A DNA stretch of 64,000 bases. Origin: Octopus bimaculoides. Its lineage: Eukaryota. The notes under the pieces were generated by a model that worked only from the letters and a program-made list of their open reading frames with translations, had not been told where the DNA came from and made no database searches. The translations under genes and the position numbers were made by a program. Positions 11,074 through 25,348 of the stretch are shown here, one piece after another. Position 1 is the stretch's first letter. The number at the start of each line of letters is the position of its first letter. The DNA lies in NCBI RefSeq assembly GCF_001194135.2, contig NC_068987.1:21744455-21808454 (forward strand), given 5' to 3'.

Positions 11074-14000
11074 GAATATTAAAAGCAATGTAACAATGGG
11101 AGCAGAGATTGTTGTGTTGTTAAGATATACACTTTATAATCACTTAGTTCTGGGTTCAGTCCCACTGTGTGCACCTTAAGAAAGTGTTTTTGCCATAGTC
11201 TCACACTGACCTAAGATTTATGAGTAAAATTGGTTAACAAGAAAATTTACAGAAGACTGTCCCTTTTTTTTATGGGTAGTAGACTTAATCTGCTACCATA
11301 ATTAACACTGCCACTATCAGGTCCTTGCAAGCATTCAGATTAAATATCCTCCCTAAGAATAATTCAAGAATTATTTGGTTTCTGCATCCAGACTCAGAGT
11401 TCATGTAAAAGGTTATAGGCATTATTTTTTCATCTCTATAAAAATGATAAAGTTATGATCCCTGTAAAATATAGTTGAATGCCTTTCATTAAATTATTTT
11501 GTATTTTCAGTAAGAAGTCAAGAACAGAAATAGAGTAAGCCCTTCCGTGGAATTGAACCATTTATCTATTACCGTTTCTTAGGGTCCGTTGTAGATTAGT
11601 TCTTGGCAATACGCGTGTGCATGTATGCACATGTGAGCTTGCGTGCATAAATGCCTATCCAGAAGGAACCAAGAAATACTGTATAAGAGATAATGGCTCA
11701 AAAGAAAGAGAAGTAGAGGAGTGAGAAAAGAAAATATTAATCAAGGGAGATAAACATGAATTTTGACTTATTAACCTTTTTCTTCCCCTATTTCATCATC
11801 ATCATCATCATTGTTTAACGTCCGCCTTCCATGCTAGCATGGGTTGGGCGATTTGACTGAGGACTGGTGAAACCAGATGGCTACACCAGGCTCCAATCTG
11901 ATTTGGCAGAGTTTCTACAGCTGGATGCCCTTCCTAACGCCAACCACTCAGAGATTGTAGTGGGTGCTTTTACGTGTCACCCGCACGAAGGCCAGTCAGG
12001 TGGTACTGGCAACGGCCACGCTCAAAATGGTGCATTTCATGTGCCACCCGNNNNNNNNNNNNNNNNNNNNNNNNNNNNNNNNNNNNNNNNNNNNNNNNNN
12101 NNNNNNNNNNNNNNNNNNNNNNNNNNNNNNNNNNNNNNNNNNNNNNNNNNNNNNNNNNNNNNNNNNNNNNNNNNNNNNNNNNNNNNNNNNNNNNNNNNNN
12201 NNNNNNNNNNNNNNNNNNNNNNNNNNNNNNNNNNNNNNNNNNNNNNNNNNNNNNNNNNNNNNNNNNNNNNNNNNNNNNNNNNNNNNNNNNNNNNNNNNNN
12301 NNNNNNNNNNNNNNNNNNNNNNNNNNNNNNNNNNNNNNNNNNNNNNNNNNNNNNNNNNNNNNNNNNNNNNNNNNNNNNNNNNNNNNNNNNNNNNNNNNNN
12401 NNNNNNNNNNNNNNNNNNNNNNNNNNNNNNNNNNNNNNNNNNNNNNNNNNNNNNNNNNNNNNNNNNNNNNNNNNNNNNNNNNNNNNNNNNNNNNNNNNNN
12501 NNNNNNNNNNNNNNNNNNNNNNNNNNNNNNNNNNNNNNNNNNNNNNNNNNNNNNNNNNNNNNNNNNNNNNNNNNNNNNNNNNNNNNNNNNNNNNNNNNNN
12601 NNNNNNNNNNNNNNNNNNNNNNNNNNNNNNNNNNNNNNNNNNNNNNNNNNNNNNNNNNNNNNNNNNNNNNNNNNNNNNNNNNNNNNNNNNNNNNNNNNNN
12701 NNNNNNNNNNNNNNNNNNNNNNNNNNNNNNNNNNNNNNNNNNNNNNNNNNNNNNNNNNNNNNNNNNNNNNNNNNNNNNNNNNNNNNNNNNNNNNNNNNNN
12801 NNNNNNNNNNNNNNNNNNNNNNNNNNNNNNNNNNNNNNNNNNNNNNNNNNNNNNNNNNNNNNNNNNNNNNNNNNNNNNNNNNNNNNNNNNNNNNNNNNNN
12901 NNNNNNNNNNNNNNNNNNNNNNNNNNNNNNNNNNNNNNNNNNNNNNNNNNNNNNNNNNATTTGGTAGACGGAAACTGAAAGAAGCCCATCGTATATATGT
13001 ATATATATATGTGTGTGTGTGTCCCCACCACCCCAACATCGCTTGACAACCGATGCTGGTGTGTTTATGTCCCCGTAACTTAGCGGTTCTGCAAAACAGA
13101 CCGATAGAATAAGTACTAGGCTTACAAAGAATAAGTCCTGGGGTGGATTGGCTCGACTAAAAGGCGGTGCTCCAGCATGGCCACAGTCAAATGACTAAAA
13201 CAAGTAGAAGAGTAAATAGGCACAGGCATGTCAGTGTGGTAAGAAGCTTGCTTCCCAACAACATGGTTCTGGGTTCAGTCCCACTGCATGGCAGCTTGGA
13301 CAAATCTCTTTTACTATAACCTCAAGCTGACCAAAGTCTTATGAGTGGATTTGGTAGACGGAAATGTAGGAAGCCCATTGTATACATGGTATATATGTGT
13401 GTGTGTGTCACCCACCACCACTTGACAACCACCGTCAGTGTATTTATGTTCCCTGTAACTTAGAGGTTCAGCAAAAAGAGACTGATAAAGATTAAATATT
13501 AGGTTTTAAAAAATAAGTCCTGGGCTTTAGTTGTTCAACTAAAACCCATCAAGGCAGTGCCCCAGCATGGCTGTAGTCAAATGACAAGTAAAAGATAGAA
13601 ATAAGAAACAAAAAAGAAAATATGAAATTTTTCTTTAAAAAAAAATAAGTCACACATATATTATATTATTGCCTTTAATAACAATAACAAAATGAGAATG
13701 ATGTCAATTAATTAATTAAAATGTAAATTATGTATATGTAGATTCATGGAGTCAATTTTGACTCCATTATTATTAACAATAAATGGTGGTGGCTGGTGTT
13801 GGGGAAAGGAGGAAATTTAATTTTTATTGTTTATATTTTCACTGGTAAATGAAACCATATAAATGGTATGAATGTTCATCAGACAAACGAAATAAAATTT
13901 AAAAAAAAAAAAAAAAAAAATTGGAACTGCATGTGGCAAAAAAAAAAAAAAAAAANNNNNNNNNNNNNNNNNNNNNNNNNNNNNNNNNNNNNNNNNNNNN

Positions 14001-14668
14001 NNNNNNNNNNNNNNNNNNNNNNNNNNNNNNNNNNNNNNNNNNNNNNNNNNNNNNNNNNNNNNNNNNNNNNNNNNNNNNNNNNNNNNNNNNNNNNNNNNNN
14101 NNNNNNNNNNNNNNNNNNNNNNNNNNNNNNNNNNNNNNNNNNNNNNNNNNNNNNNNNNNNNNNNNNNNNNNNNNNNNNNNNNNNNNNNNNNNNNNNNNNN
14201 NNNNNNNNNNNNNNNNNNNNNNNNNNNNNNNNNNNNNNNNNNNNNNNNNNNNNNNNNNNNNNNNNNNNNNNNNNNNNNNNNNNNNNNNNNNNNNNNNNNN
14301 NNNNNNNNNNNNNNNNNNNNNNNNNNNNNNNNNNNNNNNNNNNNNNNNNNNNNNNNNNNNNNNNNNNNNNNNNNNNNNNNNNNNNNNNNNNNNNNNNNNN
14401 NNNNNNNNNNNNNNNNNNNNNNNNNNNNNNNNNNNNNNNNNNNNNNNNNNNNNNNNNNNNNNNNNNNNNNNNNNNNNNNNNNNNNNNNNNNNNNNNNNNN
14501 NNNNNNNNNNNNNNNNNNNNNNNNNNNNNNNNNNNNNNNNNNNNNNNNNNNNNNNNNNNNNNNNNNNNNNNNNNNNNNNNNNNNNNNNNNNNNNNNNNNN
14601 NNNNNNNNNNNNNNNNNNNNNNNNNNNNNNNNNNNNNNNNNNNNNNNNNNNNNNNNNNNNNNNNNNNN

Positions 14669-14713
<45 letters not shown>

Positions 14714-15860
14714 TGAAACTGACACCTCAAAAGTAAATAGACACCCCTCATTACAGATTTATTTGTGCGAGCACTATTCATTAGTACAATATCCAAATGG
14801 ATTAATTCATTAGAAACTGCACAAGGCATATCTACTAAATATTAGACTAAGTATTTAAATGCATCAAATGAATTACTGTTTCTAGATATCTTTCAAAAAA
14901 AAAAAGAAAAAAAGTTTTACTTCTGAGGTGTGAGTGCGGGTATGTTTTGTTAACAGGAGAAGTATTCTTCACTTTGGTAGGGCATAATTTATTTTAGCTG
15001 ATCAAGTGGGCATTTATCTTGGAGTTTTCCCTGACTCTCTGACCTGTCTTAGAAACCAGCTGCAGGCCAAGGGGTAATTTGAGACTAAGAGGATACTGCA
15101 TCAGCTGATATATATATATATATATATATGTATACACACACAAACATATATATACGCACATACATATATATTTTTTGTTCATACACCTTTGTCTTTCTCT
15201 AAATTTCAACTATATATATGTATATATGGAGTGGTTGGTGTTAGGAAGGGCATCCAGCTGTAGAAACTCTGCCAAATTAGATTAGAGCCTGGTGTAGCCA
15301 TCTGGTTCGCCAGTCCTCAGTCAAATCGTCCAACCCATGCTAGCATGGAACGCGGACGTTAAACAATGATGATGATATATATATACTCTTTTACTTGTTT
15401 CAGTCATTTGACTGCGGCCATGCTGGAGCACCGCCTTTAGTCGAGCAAATCGACCCCAGAACTTATTCTTTGTAAGCCTAGTACTTATTCTATCGGTCTC
15501 TTTTTGCCGAACCGCTAAGTTACGGGGACGTAAACACACCAGCATCAGTTGTCANNNNNNNNNNNNNNNNNNNNNNNNNNNNNNNNNNNNNNNNNNNNNN
15601 NNNNNNNNNNNNNNNNNNNNNNNNNNNNNNNNNNNNNNNNNNNNNNNNNNNNNNNNNNNNNNNCACACAAACATATATATACGCACATACATATATACGA
15701 CGGGCTTCTTTCAGTTTCCGTCTACCAAATCCACTCACAAGGCTTTGGTTGGCCCGAGGCTATAGTAGAAGACACTTGCCCAAGGTGCCACGCAGTGGGA
15801 CTGAACCCAGAACCATGTGGTTGGTAAGCAAGTTACTTACCACACAGCCACTCCCGTGCC

Positions 15861-15893
<33 letters not shown>

Positions 15894-16224
15894 GCATTTA
15901 TTATTCTTTAACATGAATAATATTGAGGAGTGACTTCAAATATTCAGCCTGCTTAGCCCTCATTGGACTGCTAATGAAGGTTAAGCAGGCCCAAACTTTA
16001 AAGCCACAGTCAATACTATTCTTGTCAAAGTAATTCTTCGGTTTAATGTAAAATTGTTTTTGTTATGACTTGACATGAAAGCAAACATTAATATATATAC
16101 ACGTATTTATGTGTGTGTGTGTGTTTATGTGTATACACACACATGTATGCACGTGTATTTATATACATGTATACACACGTATTCATATATATATGAACTC
16201 AAATATACATACACATATGCGCAT

Positions 16225-16275
<51 letters not shown>

Positions 16276-16479
16276 GCCACATACACACATGCATGTGTAG
16301 ATTGATGCAATCCATTGCCAACAGTTTCAAGTTTTCTGCATAGAATAATTTGGTTCAAGAATTTCTTGCTAGTCTGCAAAATGTTGGATTCTCTGATTTT
16401 GTAAAAAATATGCATAAATTAGTTAGTGCTGATTCAAATGGTTCCATCTTCCCTTTTGTCATATATGCATACTTCTTAC

Positions 16480-16790
16480 ACAGTTCATACACATGCAAAC
16501 ATTTCACATCCAAGAAATCAGTTATATTATACCTGTCATAGAGTGTGTGCATACATTTTACACCGTTCATACAAATGCTTTCATTTCAGATTTAAGAAAC
16601 CACTTATACTTATCATAAAATGTGTGCATGCATTTTACGCAGTTCACACACTTGCATAAATTCCACATTTAAGAAATCAATTATGACACATTTCATAGAA
16701 TGTGTGCTTACGGTTCAATACACATTTCACATTTAAGAAGTTACTTATACCTGTCAAAGAGTGTGTGCATACAGTTCATATATCAAGGAT
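16480..16790. repeat. Degenerate minisatellite of about 80 bp, 4 copies
   Basis: Recurring tttcacatttaagaaa...ttatac..gtcata.a.tgtgtgcat unit. Confidence 0.75.
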
Positions 16791-16851
16791 TAGTTAGTGC
16801 AATTTGAGAGATTTATATTGTTGTTTGTGTATAGTGTATAATATATACGTG

Positions 16852-16886
<35 letters not shown>

Positions 16887-18085
16887 CATACACAAACACT
16901 AATTATCTACACACACAAACATGTAGGCACATGTATATAAACATACACAAACATATATAACATATACACACATTTTCCATTTTGAGGCTCAATTAGTGCT
17001 GATTCAGAAGTTTCTTTTATATATATATATATATATATATGTTTGTACACGCTTACATTCCACATTTGGGAGAAATTGAATGTGCATTTTTTTAATTACT
17101 GTACATTATTATTACCATGAACTGTATGCACACATTAAGCACCAGTAAATACTGACTGAGACAACTACTTCCTATATATATATATATCTCAGCTTATTCT
17201 ATGGAGTCCAAAGTCTACAGACCAGATACAACTGATCATGCATTTTACGAAAATGGTGAAAAATTGTGAGAACGAAAGAAGAATTAAGAAATAGAAATCT
17301 ATATATGAATTATACACGCATATGAATACATACATAAATATAGCCACTCACCCACATTCACAAACTTATATACACATCTACAATCAAATACATGCATTTG
17401 CATTATACATACACACACACACATACATACATACCTATATGCAAACATATATACTTGAACATATATACCAATGTACACACACATGTATAGACATATACAT
17501 GTTGAAATTTAATATGAAAGGTTACATAGTCATGCATTTACGAATATGTACACATACAGACAACACAACCTACACCAGCAGCAGCCACATGAACATTATA
17601 CAGCAGCTTCACAGAATTTCCAAAGGGAGAGAGCGAGAGAAAGAGAGTAAAAAACACATTAGAAGAAGAAAAAGAGTAAAAAGATGAGAAAGAAGAGGAA
17701 AAAGAAGAGGTTTTTAAAATAGTTCTTTTGCTTTAGTTATGAACTTTTTAATATAGGCACAAAGCCTAAAGTGTTGTGGGGAAAGGGTACAGTCAACTAA
17801 ATCAATCCCAGTATTTAACTGGTACTTTATTTTATCAACCTCAAAAGGATAAAAGGCAAAGTTGATCCCAACAGGAATTGAACTCACAATACAAAGAGAT
17901 GTAGCTAAATGCTGCAAGGCATTTGGTCTGATACCACTCTGCCATTTTTTTGTTCTGTTTTAAAATATTGGTAAATTCTAAGTTTTGGCTAAAATAATTT
18001 CGAAATAGTCACAGCAGAAATGTAATTTTGTGTATGTGTATTTGTTTCTTGTTTTTTTGTGTGTGTGTCTGTATGAATGTATGCA

Positions 18086-18116
<31 letters not shown>

Positions 18117-18336
18117 GCACATGTATGCATCTCAGAGGTATATTTTAGTAGATGTATATTATATATGCATGAGCTAGATTGGATGTATGCATTTTTCCAG
18201 ATAAGCAGTAAAAAAAAAAACAAAAAAAAAAACTGCATTCATCAATTTTTAAACAGCAACAACAATAACAACAACATGATGTAAAAGTTTAAACAAACAA
18301 CAATAACAAATATAGCTACTACTACAACAAAATAGA

Positions 18337-18777
18337 CTACGTTTTCTCAGCATCAGAAACTGGTAAATTTGTGGATTCTACAGCTGAAGATGTTAGACTG
18401 CTGGCAGATTGAGTGTCCGAAAGCAAGGAATGTTGAGCCTGAAAATTTGAACTCTCTTTCTCTAGAGTAGCCACACGATCCAAAAGAGCTGCTCGCTCTA
18501 GTTCAAGGGCCTGCAGCTTAGAACGCAGTCGTGTCTCGTTGGTCTGGAAGTTGTTGATGGCACTTTCAAGGCTACGTTGTTGACTGAGTGCATTCTGAAG
18601 CTTGTCCATCAACTCCCTGTTTTGTTCTTTCAAAGAACGATTTGCACCTTCTAGACGATGGATTATGCTGTTGCCACTGTGGCGCTCTTTCGTTGAAGTG
18701 TAGACCATTTCTTCTTGTAACACCTGGTATTCAACTACGTAAGCATGGAGTTGTTTGCTGTAATCCACTTCAAATGC
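18337..18777 (-). CDS. TBC1D1: TBC1D1/4 terminal coding exon (coiled-coil tail, stop TAG)
   Basis: Acceptor tctgtcttttag, phase 0, 147 codons including the stop. Begins AFEVDYSKQLHAYVVEYQVLQEEM, continues through a heptad-rich coiled coil (LEGANRSLKEQNRELMDKLQ...LELERAALL) and ends AEKT*. Confidence 0.92.
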   Translation of the reverse strand, partial: AFEVDYSKQLHAYVVEYQVLQEEMVYTSTKERHSGNSIIHRLEGANRSLKEQNRELMDKLQNALSQQRSLESAINNFQTNETRLRSKLQALELERAALLDRVATLEKESSNFQAQHSLLSDTQSASSLTSSAVESTNLPVSDAEKT

Positions 18778-19546
18778 CTAAAAGACAGAAAGAAAGAAAC
18801 ATTTCTGAAATGAAATGACAAACACTAACAAATTAATTCAGTTTGCACTAATTCATCATCATCATTTAGTGTCCATTTTCCATGCTGGCATGGGTAAGAT
18901 GGTTTGAGTGGAGCTGGTAAGCAAGAGAGCTGCACCAGGCACCAGTCTGTTTTGGCCATGTTTCTACGTCTGGAGGCCCTTCCTAATGTCAACCGCTCCA
19001 CAAAGTGTACTGGATGTCTCTAATGTGTCACCAGCATGGGTGCCTTTCACATCACCAACACTGTTCATAACTACGATTTCCCTTAGCTTGACATGTCTTC
19101 TCAAATTAATTTTTTGTGAATTANNNNNNNNNNAAAAATTACTTACATGCCGGCATTAATACAAAGAAATCATTTAAAACAATGTAGTAATTAAGTAATT
19201 TATTTATTATTAAATGTAATAAAATAAATTATCTTTACATGCTTTAAGTTTCAAAACAATTTGTTGTGATATTTGAATTTTTATTTGTTAGATAAATTTT
19301 TGTCATTTATAACTTCATAAATGCCTTATCATTTTCTCTTGTATTGTACTATATATCCTCTATGTTTTGTAGAATGATACGTTAAAGAGCTTTCATTATG
19401 TTATGAGTACTATCAGATAACCCGAATCCATATATTGTGAGTTAAATTTATATATATATACACACACATGAGAATGAGAGAGGAGATAATGCTAAAATAG
19501 AGAAAGTAAGAAGGGGAGAGAGAGAGAGCACAACATCAGAGAATAT

Positions 19547-19588
<42 letters not shown>

Positions 19589-19601
19589 GTGACAATCTCA
19601 C

Positions 19602-19771
19602 CTGATTTATGATTCTCTCCATCTGCACAAGACCCATACTTGGCAAGGTGGTCTTCAGGAATTCTACAATGCTCTCAAATGACTCGCAGTGCATGATTAG
19701 TTGCTTGTGGTCTCCAAGAAGAATGAGGGCTACTTTGAATATGGAATCAATACCTTGCAGAAAGATCAGGT
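19602..19771 (-). CDS. TBC1D1: TBC1D1/4 TBC-domain C-terminal exon
   Basis: Acceptor tatttccag, donor CAG|GTGAG, 170 nt, phase 1 to 0. Encodes (D)[56 protein letters not shown]. Confidence 0.96.
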
Positions 19772-20649
19772 CTGGAAATAAAATAGAAAAAATATAATAC
19801 AGGTTTATGAAATCCTCATTGTTATGTGTCTTAGTAATTAATTTGTCATTAGTAGAACACAATGTTAAGGAGGTTGGTATGTTGCACGTTAACATGAGAA
19901 AGACCACACTAATTTGTCTAAATTTCCATATTTGCATTTGCATACATGCAACAATTATTTCAGTAAAACATTGTACATGAGACAGTGAAGAGTCATCTTA
20001 ATTGCATAAAATATATAAGCTATTTATATCAAAACTGTTATTATTATTTAAGACAGAATATGTAGAAAAAGTGGGAAGACCTGATCACAAAACTGACCAA
20101 CAGAGTTCTGTGTAGCCAATAATTCACTGCATGTCTGATTGCACAATGTAAACTGAATGAAACACATTCAGAGGGAGAGAGAATGTGTGTGTGTGTGTGT
20201 TTGTGTTATAACCCCTTGTCTTCACATGATATATGCAAATGTATGTCACTGTCATACAAGCAGTCTCATTCATTATCAGTCTTCTGCAAAATCATGTCCG
20301 GCCTCAGCGAAATATCATCCAGTTTGGAAACAGGTGATGGTTGGCAACAGGAAGGATGTCCAACTGTAAAAGACTTGCCTCAAATAATTTTGTCTGAACA
20401 ACATACAATTCTCACTGAGAAGAATAAAGTTTCTAAAACAGATAGAGAAATTTGAAGGATTGCTTTATTCCAAGGGTAGAACATCAGTCATGTTTACAGG
20501 AGATGTGGGTTCAAGTCCTACAGGGAGCCCTTAACTTTTTTGATCCAATATTTACATGTTATTATTTATACCTCTCCTTGAGTTTCACCATTCCAAAGAT
20601 AAAATACTTCATGTTCTCTCGATGTTTCTAAATTCATATGATGTCAACT

Positions 20650-20691
<42 letters not shown>

Positions 20692-22544
20692 TCATCATCA
20701 TCATCGTTTAACGTCCGCTTTCCATGCTAGCATGGGTTGGACGATTTGACTGAGGACTGGTGAAACCGGAGGGCAACACCAGGCTCCAATCTAATTTGGC
20801 AGAGTTTCTACAGCTGGATGCCCTTCCTAACGCCAACCACTCAGAGAGTNNNNNNNNNNNNNNNNNNNNNNNNNNNNNNNNNNNNNNNNNNNNNNNNNNN
20901 NNNNNNNNNNNNNNNNNNNNNNNNNNNNNNNNNNNNNNNNNNNNNNNNNNNNNNNNNNNNNNNNNNNNNNNNNNNNNNNNNNNNNNNNNNNNNNNNNNNN
21001 NNNNNNNNNNNNNNNNNNNNNNNNNNNNNNNNNNNNNNNNNNNNNNNNNNNNNNNNNNNNNNNNNNNNNNNNNNNNNNNNNNNNNNNNNNNNNNNNNNNN
21101 NNNAGGCGGTACTGGCAACGGCCACGCTCAAAATGGTGCATCTCATGTGCCACCCGCACAAGAGCCAGTCCAGGGGCACTGGCAACGATCTTACTTGGCT
21201 TGCCGGGTCTTCTCACGCACAGCACATTTATATATATATATATATATATATTTACTGAGAAAAAAAGTCTTTTTATTTCTTCATTATTATTAGTGTTTTC
21301 ATTCCTTTAATGAACTTGTCAAATAAAATTTTGTGAATGGACAAACAGCTTGTTCATTTATATAAAACATGTTTTTGGGGGGTTTTGTTTAGGGGAGAAC
21401 ATTGTGTTACCATGTCTCTGGTTTCCATGTAGGCGGGAGGATGGTTCATGTCTTTTATACGAATTCCGTTGGTTATAAGTTTTGTTTTCTTCCCATCTTC
21501 CATGCTCTTTTCGCCATTCAGGATATATGGGATTTTTTATTCGTAAATTGTGGGTTGCTTGAGTTATCATGATGATTATTATTCCTATTATAGTACCTGT
21601 GCTGTCTGTATTTTATTTGTCTTTCTTCTCATGTATTCATCCATGTTATTACGGGTTGGCGGTTGTCTATATGTTATTTGTCTTTCATGTCTTTTTTCCA
21701 TCTATGGTGTTTGAACTTATGGGTTGATGGTTGTCGTCTATATTTAAAGTGTTGGCTATTTGCAGTGTTATGTATTGTAGAGTATGGGTTTCTAGTCTGT
21801 ACTTGGGGTGAGATGGAGGTCATTTCCATGTATGTTCTTGAGTAATTAGAGGTTCGATACCTCAACCTGGTTTCTCTAGGGTTAGTGTCTGTATTTGTTT
21901 TCGATGTCCTCATATTTTTTTGTTGTTGTGGTTTTGTTTTCATAATGGATTTGTCTCCATAGCATTTTCATAGATAGTGAACCACTCTTGTTGTTTTTCC
22001 CACATTTTTATGGATTTTTCTTCTCCCTGCTTTGTGTGTTCTTTCCATAGTTTTTGCAGCTTCTCATGACATTAATTGTCACTCCGCTCAGCAATTTCAG
22101 CAAACATAACTGCGTTGATATTTTTTACTTTCTCTTCGTTTAGAATGATCAAATATTCATGCTGTACATTAGCTCACTCTCTCCATTAAATCAACATTGT
22201 CTGAACAGGTATCGTGCTCCAGGTGTCGAAATGATTGCAGAGCAATGTGGAATGAAATGTTTTGCTCAAGAACACAAAGCACCACTCTGTCTAGGAATTG
22301 AAACCACAATCTCGTGATCATGAGTGCAACACCCTAACCACTAGGCCTATGTGCCCTTACACACACATATATACACACACACTTAAATGGAATGTGTAAA
22401 TGAGAGAGAGAGAGAGGATTGTTTATATCTTTATGTTTTCATTGTCAGAATGTTCTTTAACAATGATGATGATAATAAGCATAATTATAATTTTATGATG
22501 ATGATGAGATCTTTGCATGAAGAATTGCGGAAATGAACACTCAC

Positions 22545-22704
22545 CAAAGACTCTGGAGACAAAACCCAAAGGAAATTGGGAAGCAAATATGGTAAGGAAC
22601 CATGGTGCAGCATAAAGGGTCGGCACAATCTCATGTTCTTCAAAATGTTCATAAAGGTCTCTATGGTTGTCATGGATGAGACGTGTCAGTTGGTACAACT
22701 TGAT
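22545..22704 (-). CDS. TBC1D1: TBC1D1/4 TBC-domain exon
   Basis: Acceptor aaacag, donor G|GTGAGT, 160 nt, phase 0 to 1. Encodes [53 protein letters not shown]. Confidence 0.97.
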
Positions 22705-22794
22705 CTGTTTGGTGCAAAAACAAAAACAGCAAAATTTGAGCCAATTAAGACAAAGCTAGAACATTAAACTTGCTTGATATTACTACTACTACTA

Positions 22795-23460
22795 ATAATA
22801 ATAATCCTTTCTACTAAAAGCACAAGGCCTGAAATTTGGGGTGGGGGGGACTAGTCGATTACATTGAGCCCAGTGTTTCACTGATACTTAATTTATCAAC
22901 TGCAAAAGGATGAAATGCAAAGTCGACCTTGGCGGAATTTGAACTCAGAACGTAGCAACGGGCAAAATACTGGTAAGCATTTTGGCCGGCATGCTAACGA
23001 TTCTGCCAGCTCACTGCTTTACTACTAATAATAATGGTTTCAAATTTTGGCTCAAGACCTGAAATTTGTCGGGAGGGGACTAGTTAATTACATTAACTCC
23101 AGTGTTCAACTGGTACTTATTTTATTGATCCCGAAAGGATGAAAGGCAAAGTCTATCACAGCAGAATTTGAATTCAGAATATGAAGATTGATGAAATACC
23201 ACGATGCTAATGATTCTGCCAGCTCACCACTTTAATAACAATAATAATAATAGTAGTAGTAGTCCTTTCTACTGAAGGTACATTGACCCCAGTGTTCAAC
23301 TGGTACTTATTTTATTGACCCCAAATGGATAAACGGCAAAGTCAACCTCAGCAGAATTTGAACTTAGAATGTGAAGACAAACGAAATTCCACTAAGCATT
23401 TTGCCCAACATGCTAATGATTCTGCCAGTTAGCTTCCTTAATAATAATAATAATAATAAT
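22795..23460 (-). mobile_element. Tandem family C SINE cluster (3-4 copies)
   Basis: Repeated reverse-complement units separated by (AAT)n. Similar clusters at 37480-39360 and 48410-48840. Confidence 0.8.
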
Positions 23461-24627
23461 AATAGTAATAATAGTAATGCTTTCTTTAATGATAATTTTA
23501 TTAGCCAGAAGAATTTACAGATGTGGGAGGTGCAACAGAATAGTGTTTTAGATTGAGTAAAATTAAAATAACAAAAACAAGAGAAAACAAAAAATAGCAA
23601 AGAAAGATTCCAAATAGAGAAAGGGATACAATTTCTAAGTTAGGCCTAACTCCACAGATATGAGATGAGGGAACTTCTGAAGAAAATCAATCCCACAATA
23701 CATGACTGGTACAGAACCTGTGCGAGTCAATTCCTTGATGTACTAAAGATATGATTAATATCCAAAGTGAACCAATGCTGTATTAAATAATAAAACCTCC
23801 ATTTAACAAAGTATTTTCATTAATTTGTCCACCCCTGTACATACAAATGGACATGCATAATGGAACATAACATACGTACATAGTGACGGGAAGAAAGAGA
23901 ATGATCATTGCACCAAAAAAAAAAAAATATCATTGCATGTTGTAATGAGCAGTGTGACTTTCAGGTACCTGGAGGTGGTATGACATATACACAGATATGT
24001 AGACAGCATGATAGTTGCATGTCTGACAATACGTGTGCCATGGGTATTCTGGACCAACACTTGACCCAAGACAACACCATGCTTTACAATTGCAAGGTTG
24101 CAGTTTTGGCAGATGGTCACCATTATGGAATGAGGTGGTAGTGGTGCAGTACCACTACATGGTACTATTTGATGACAAGATAGAGATAGCTGTGATGATG
24201 ATGAAGTAAAGGAAGAAGAAGAAGAAAAAGACAAAGAATTAAAGTTAGATGATAATGGAAACTGTTGGTAATTGGAATGGTGGACTCTCCTGTTGTAGAT
24301 GACAGATGAGGGCTCTGCAATTTCTTGCTGAACAATCTGTAAGGTAACTTGTTGATAGTGATCAAGTGTTTGAGCTGTACAACAGCTCACTCACTCCATC
24401 AAATCAACATTGTTTGTACAGATGCATGATGTGTCACATGATGGGAGCTGAAGTAATTGCAGAACAAAGTGATACAAAGTGATTTGTTCAAGAACACAAT
24501 GCACCACCTGGTCTCTAGGAATCAAACTCACAGCCTCACAATGGTGAGCGCAATACTCTAATCACTAGGCTTACGTACCGACTGGTGACTAGAATAAACC
24601 TGAACAAAGGACTAAGTATACAATTAC

Positions 24628-24720
24628 CTGCAGAGCTGTCATGCTCGGTCGGAACTGGTTTCGTAGTCCCATATTAAACATGAGGTATTTCAATATGTGA
24701 AAAGCAGATTCTTCATCCAT
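24628..24720 (-). CDS. TBC1D1: TBC1D1/4 TBC-domain exon
   Basis: Acceptor atttcttatcag, donor CAG|GTAATT, 93 nt, phase 0 to 0. Encodes MDEESAFHILKYLMFNMGLRNQFRPSMTALQ (compare MSEEEAFxMLKFLMFDMGLRKQYRPDMxxLQ). Confidence 0.95.
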
Positions 24721-25348
24721 CTGATAAGAAATAGAAACAGTAAATATTATAAAGTGTTAAAATATCTCCATCTATGTATCATGCTAAATGCATACACACC
24801 AGTTGAAGGCAAGATACTGCTGAATTACCTGAGATAAAATATCTTCATAGACTTGTAGTATTAAAAACATAATATATATCGAAGCGAGATGAACATTGTC
24901 ACTGCAGTGATTCACAATTACTACATATGTGCTTAGCTTTTCCTAAGGCTTGTCAATGCTGTGCCTCAATTGTCACCTGCATCTATGAAACTCATACTTT
25001 AATTTACATAGGAAATGGTGAATAAAACACTAAATGGTATTGCAGAAGCATTGTGAGCACAATTGAAACAGCATCAAATTAAAATCATCATCTGTGTATT
25101 ATACTAAATGTATACACATCATTAGAAGGCATGAAGCTGAAGAATTGTCTGAAAATTTCTTTATAGATTTGATATATATATATGTGTGTGTAATATTTTG
25201 GACTAATGGGTTATATACTGATTAGTGTATTAATGTGTTGAGTAAAGCACTGGCACAGTTTAGGTTACTTGGTTTCATCTGCAGTCAGAGTATATTTCCG
25301 TTGGATCTACTTCAGGAACTCCGCAGTGTTAGTTGAAATAATAATAAC

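Noticed and set aside
14722-14931. 16-bp inverted repeat acacctca(a/g)aagtaaa 210 bp apart
   Set aside because: Too short, with no TSD and no second copy; may be chance.
4352-15827. Long ORFs in the track at 4.3-5.4, 7.2-7.9, 11.9-13.0 and 13.8-14.8 kb (and similar at 20.7, 28.3, 34.9, 41.6, 51.3, 54.5, 56.3 and 63.0 kb)
   Set aside because: They are runs of X across N gaps flanked by SINE or microsatellite sequence, not genes.
16075-18284. YI/HT/CV-rich ORFs
   Set aside because: Translations of (TA)n, (CA)n and (TG)n microsatellites, partly in the probable 3' UTR.
18735-18745. AYVVEY instead of the usual AYEVEY in the terminal exon
   Set aside because: A single GAA>GTA difference that A-to-I editing cannot explain; could be lineage divergence, polymorphism or a base-call error.
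21300-22060. A-rich minus-strand stretch resembling an old LINE; similar unexplained stretch at 60780-61280
   Set aside because: I could not recover any RT, endonuclease or GIY-YIG motif by eye, so it is left unassigned.
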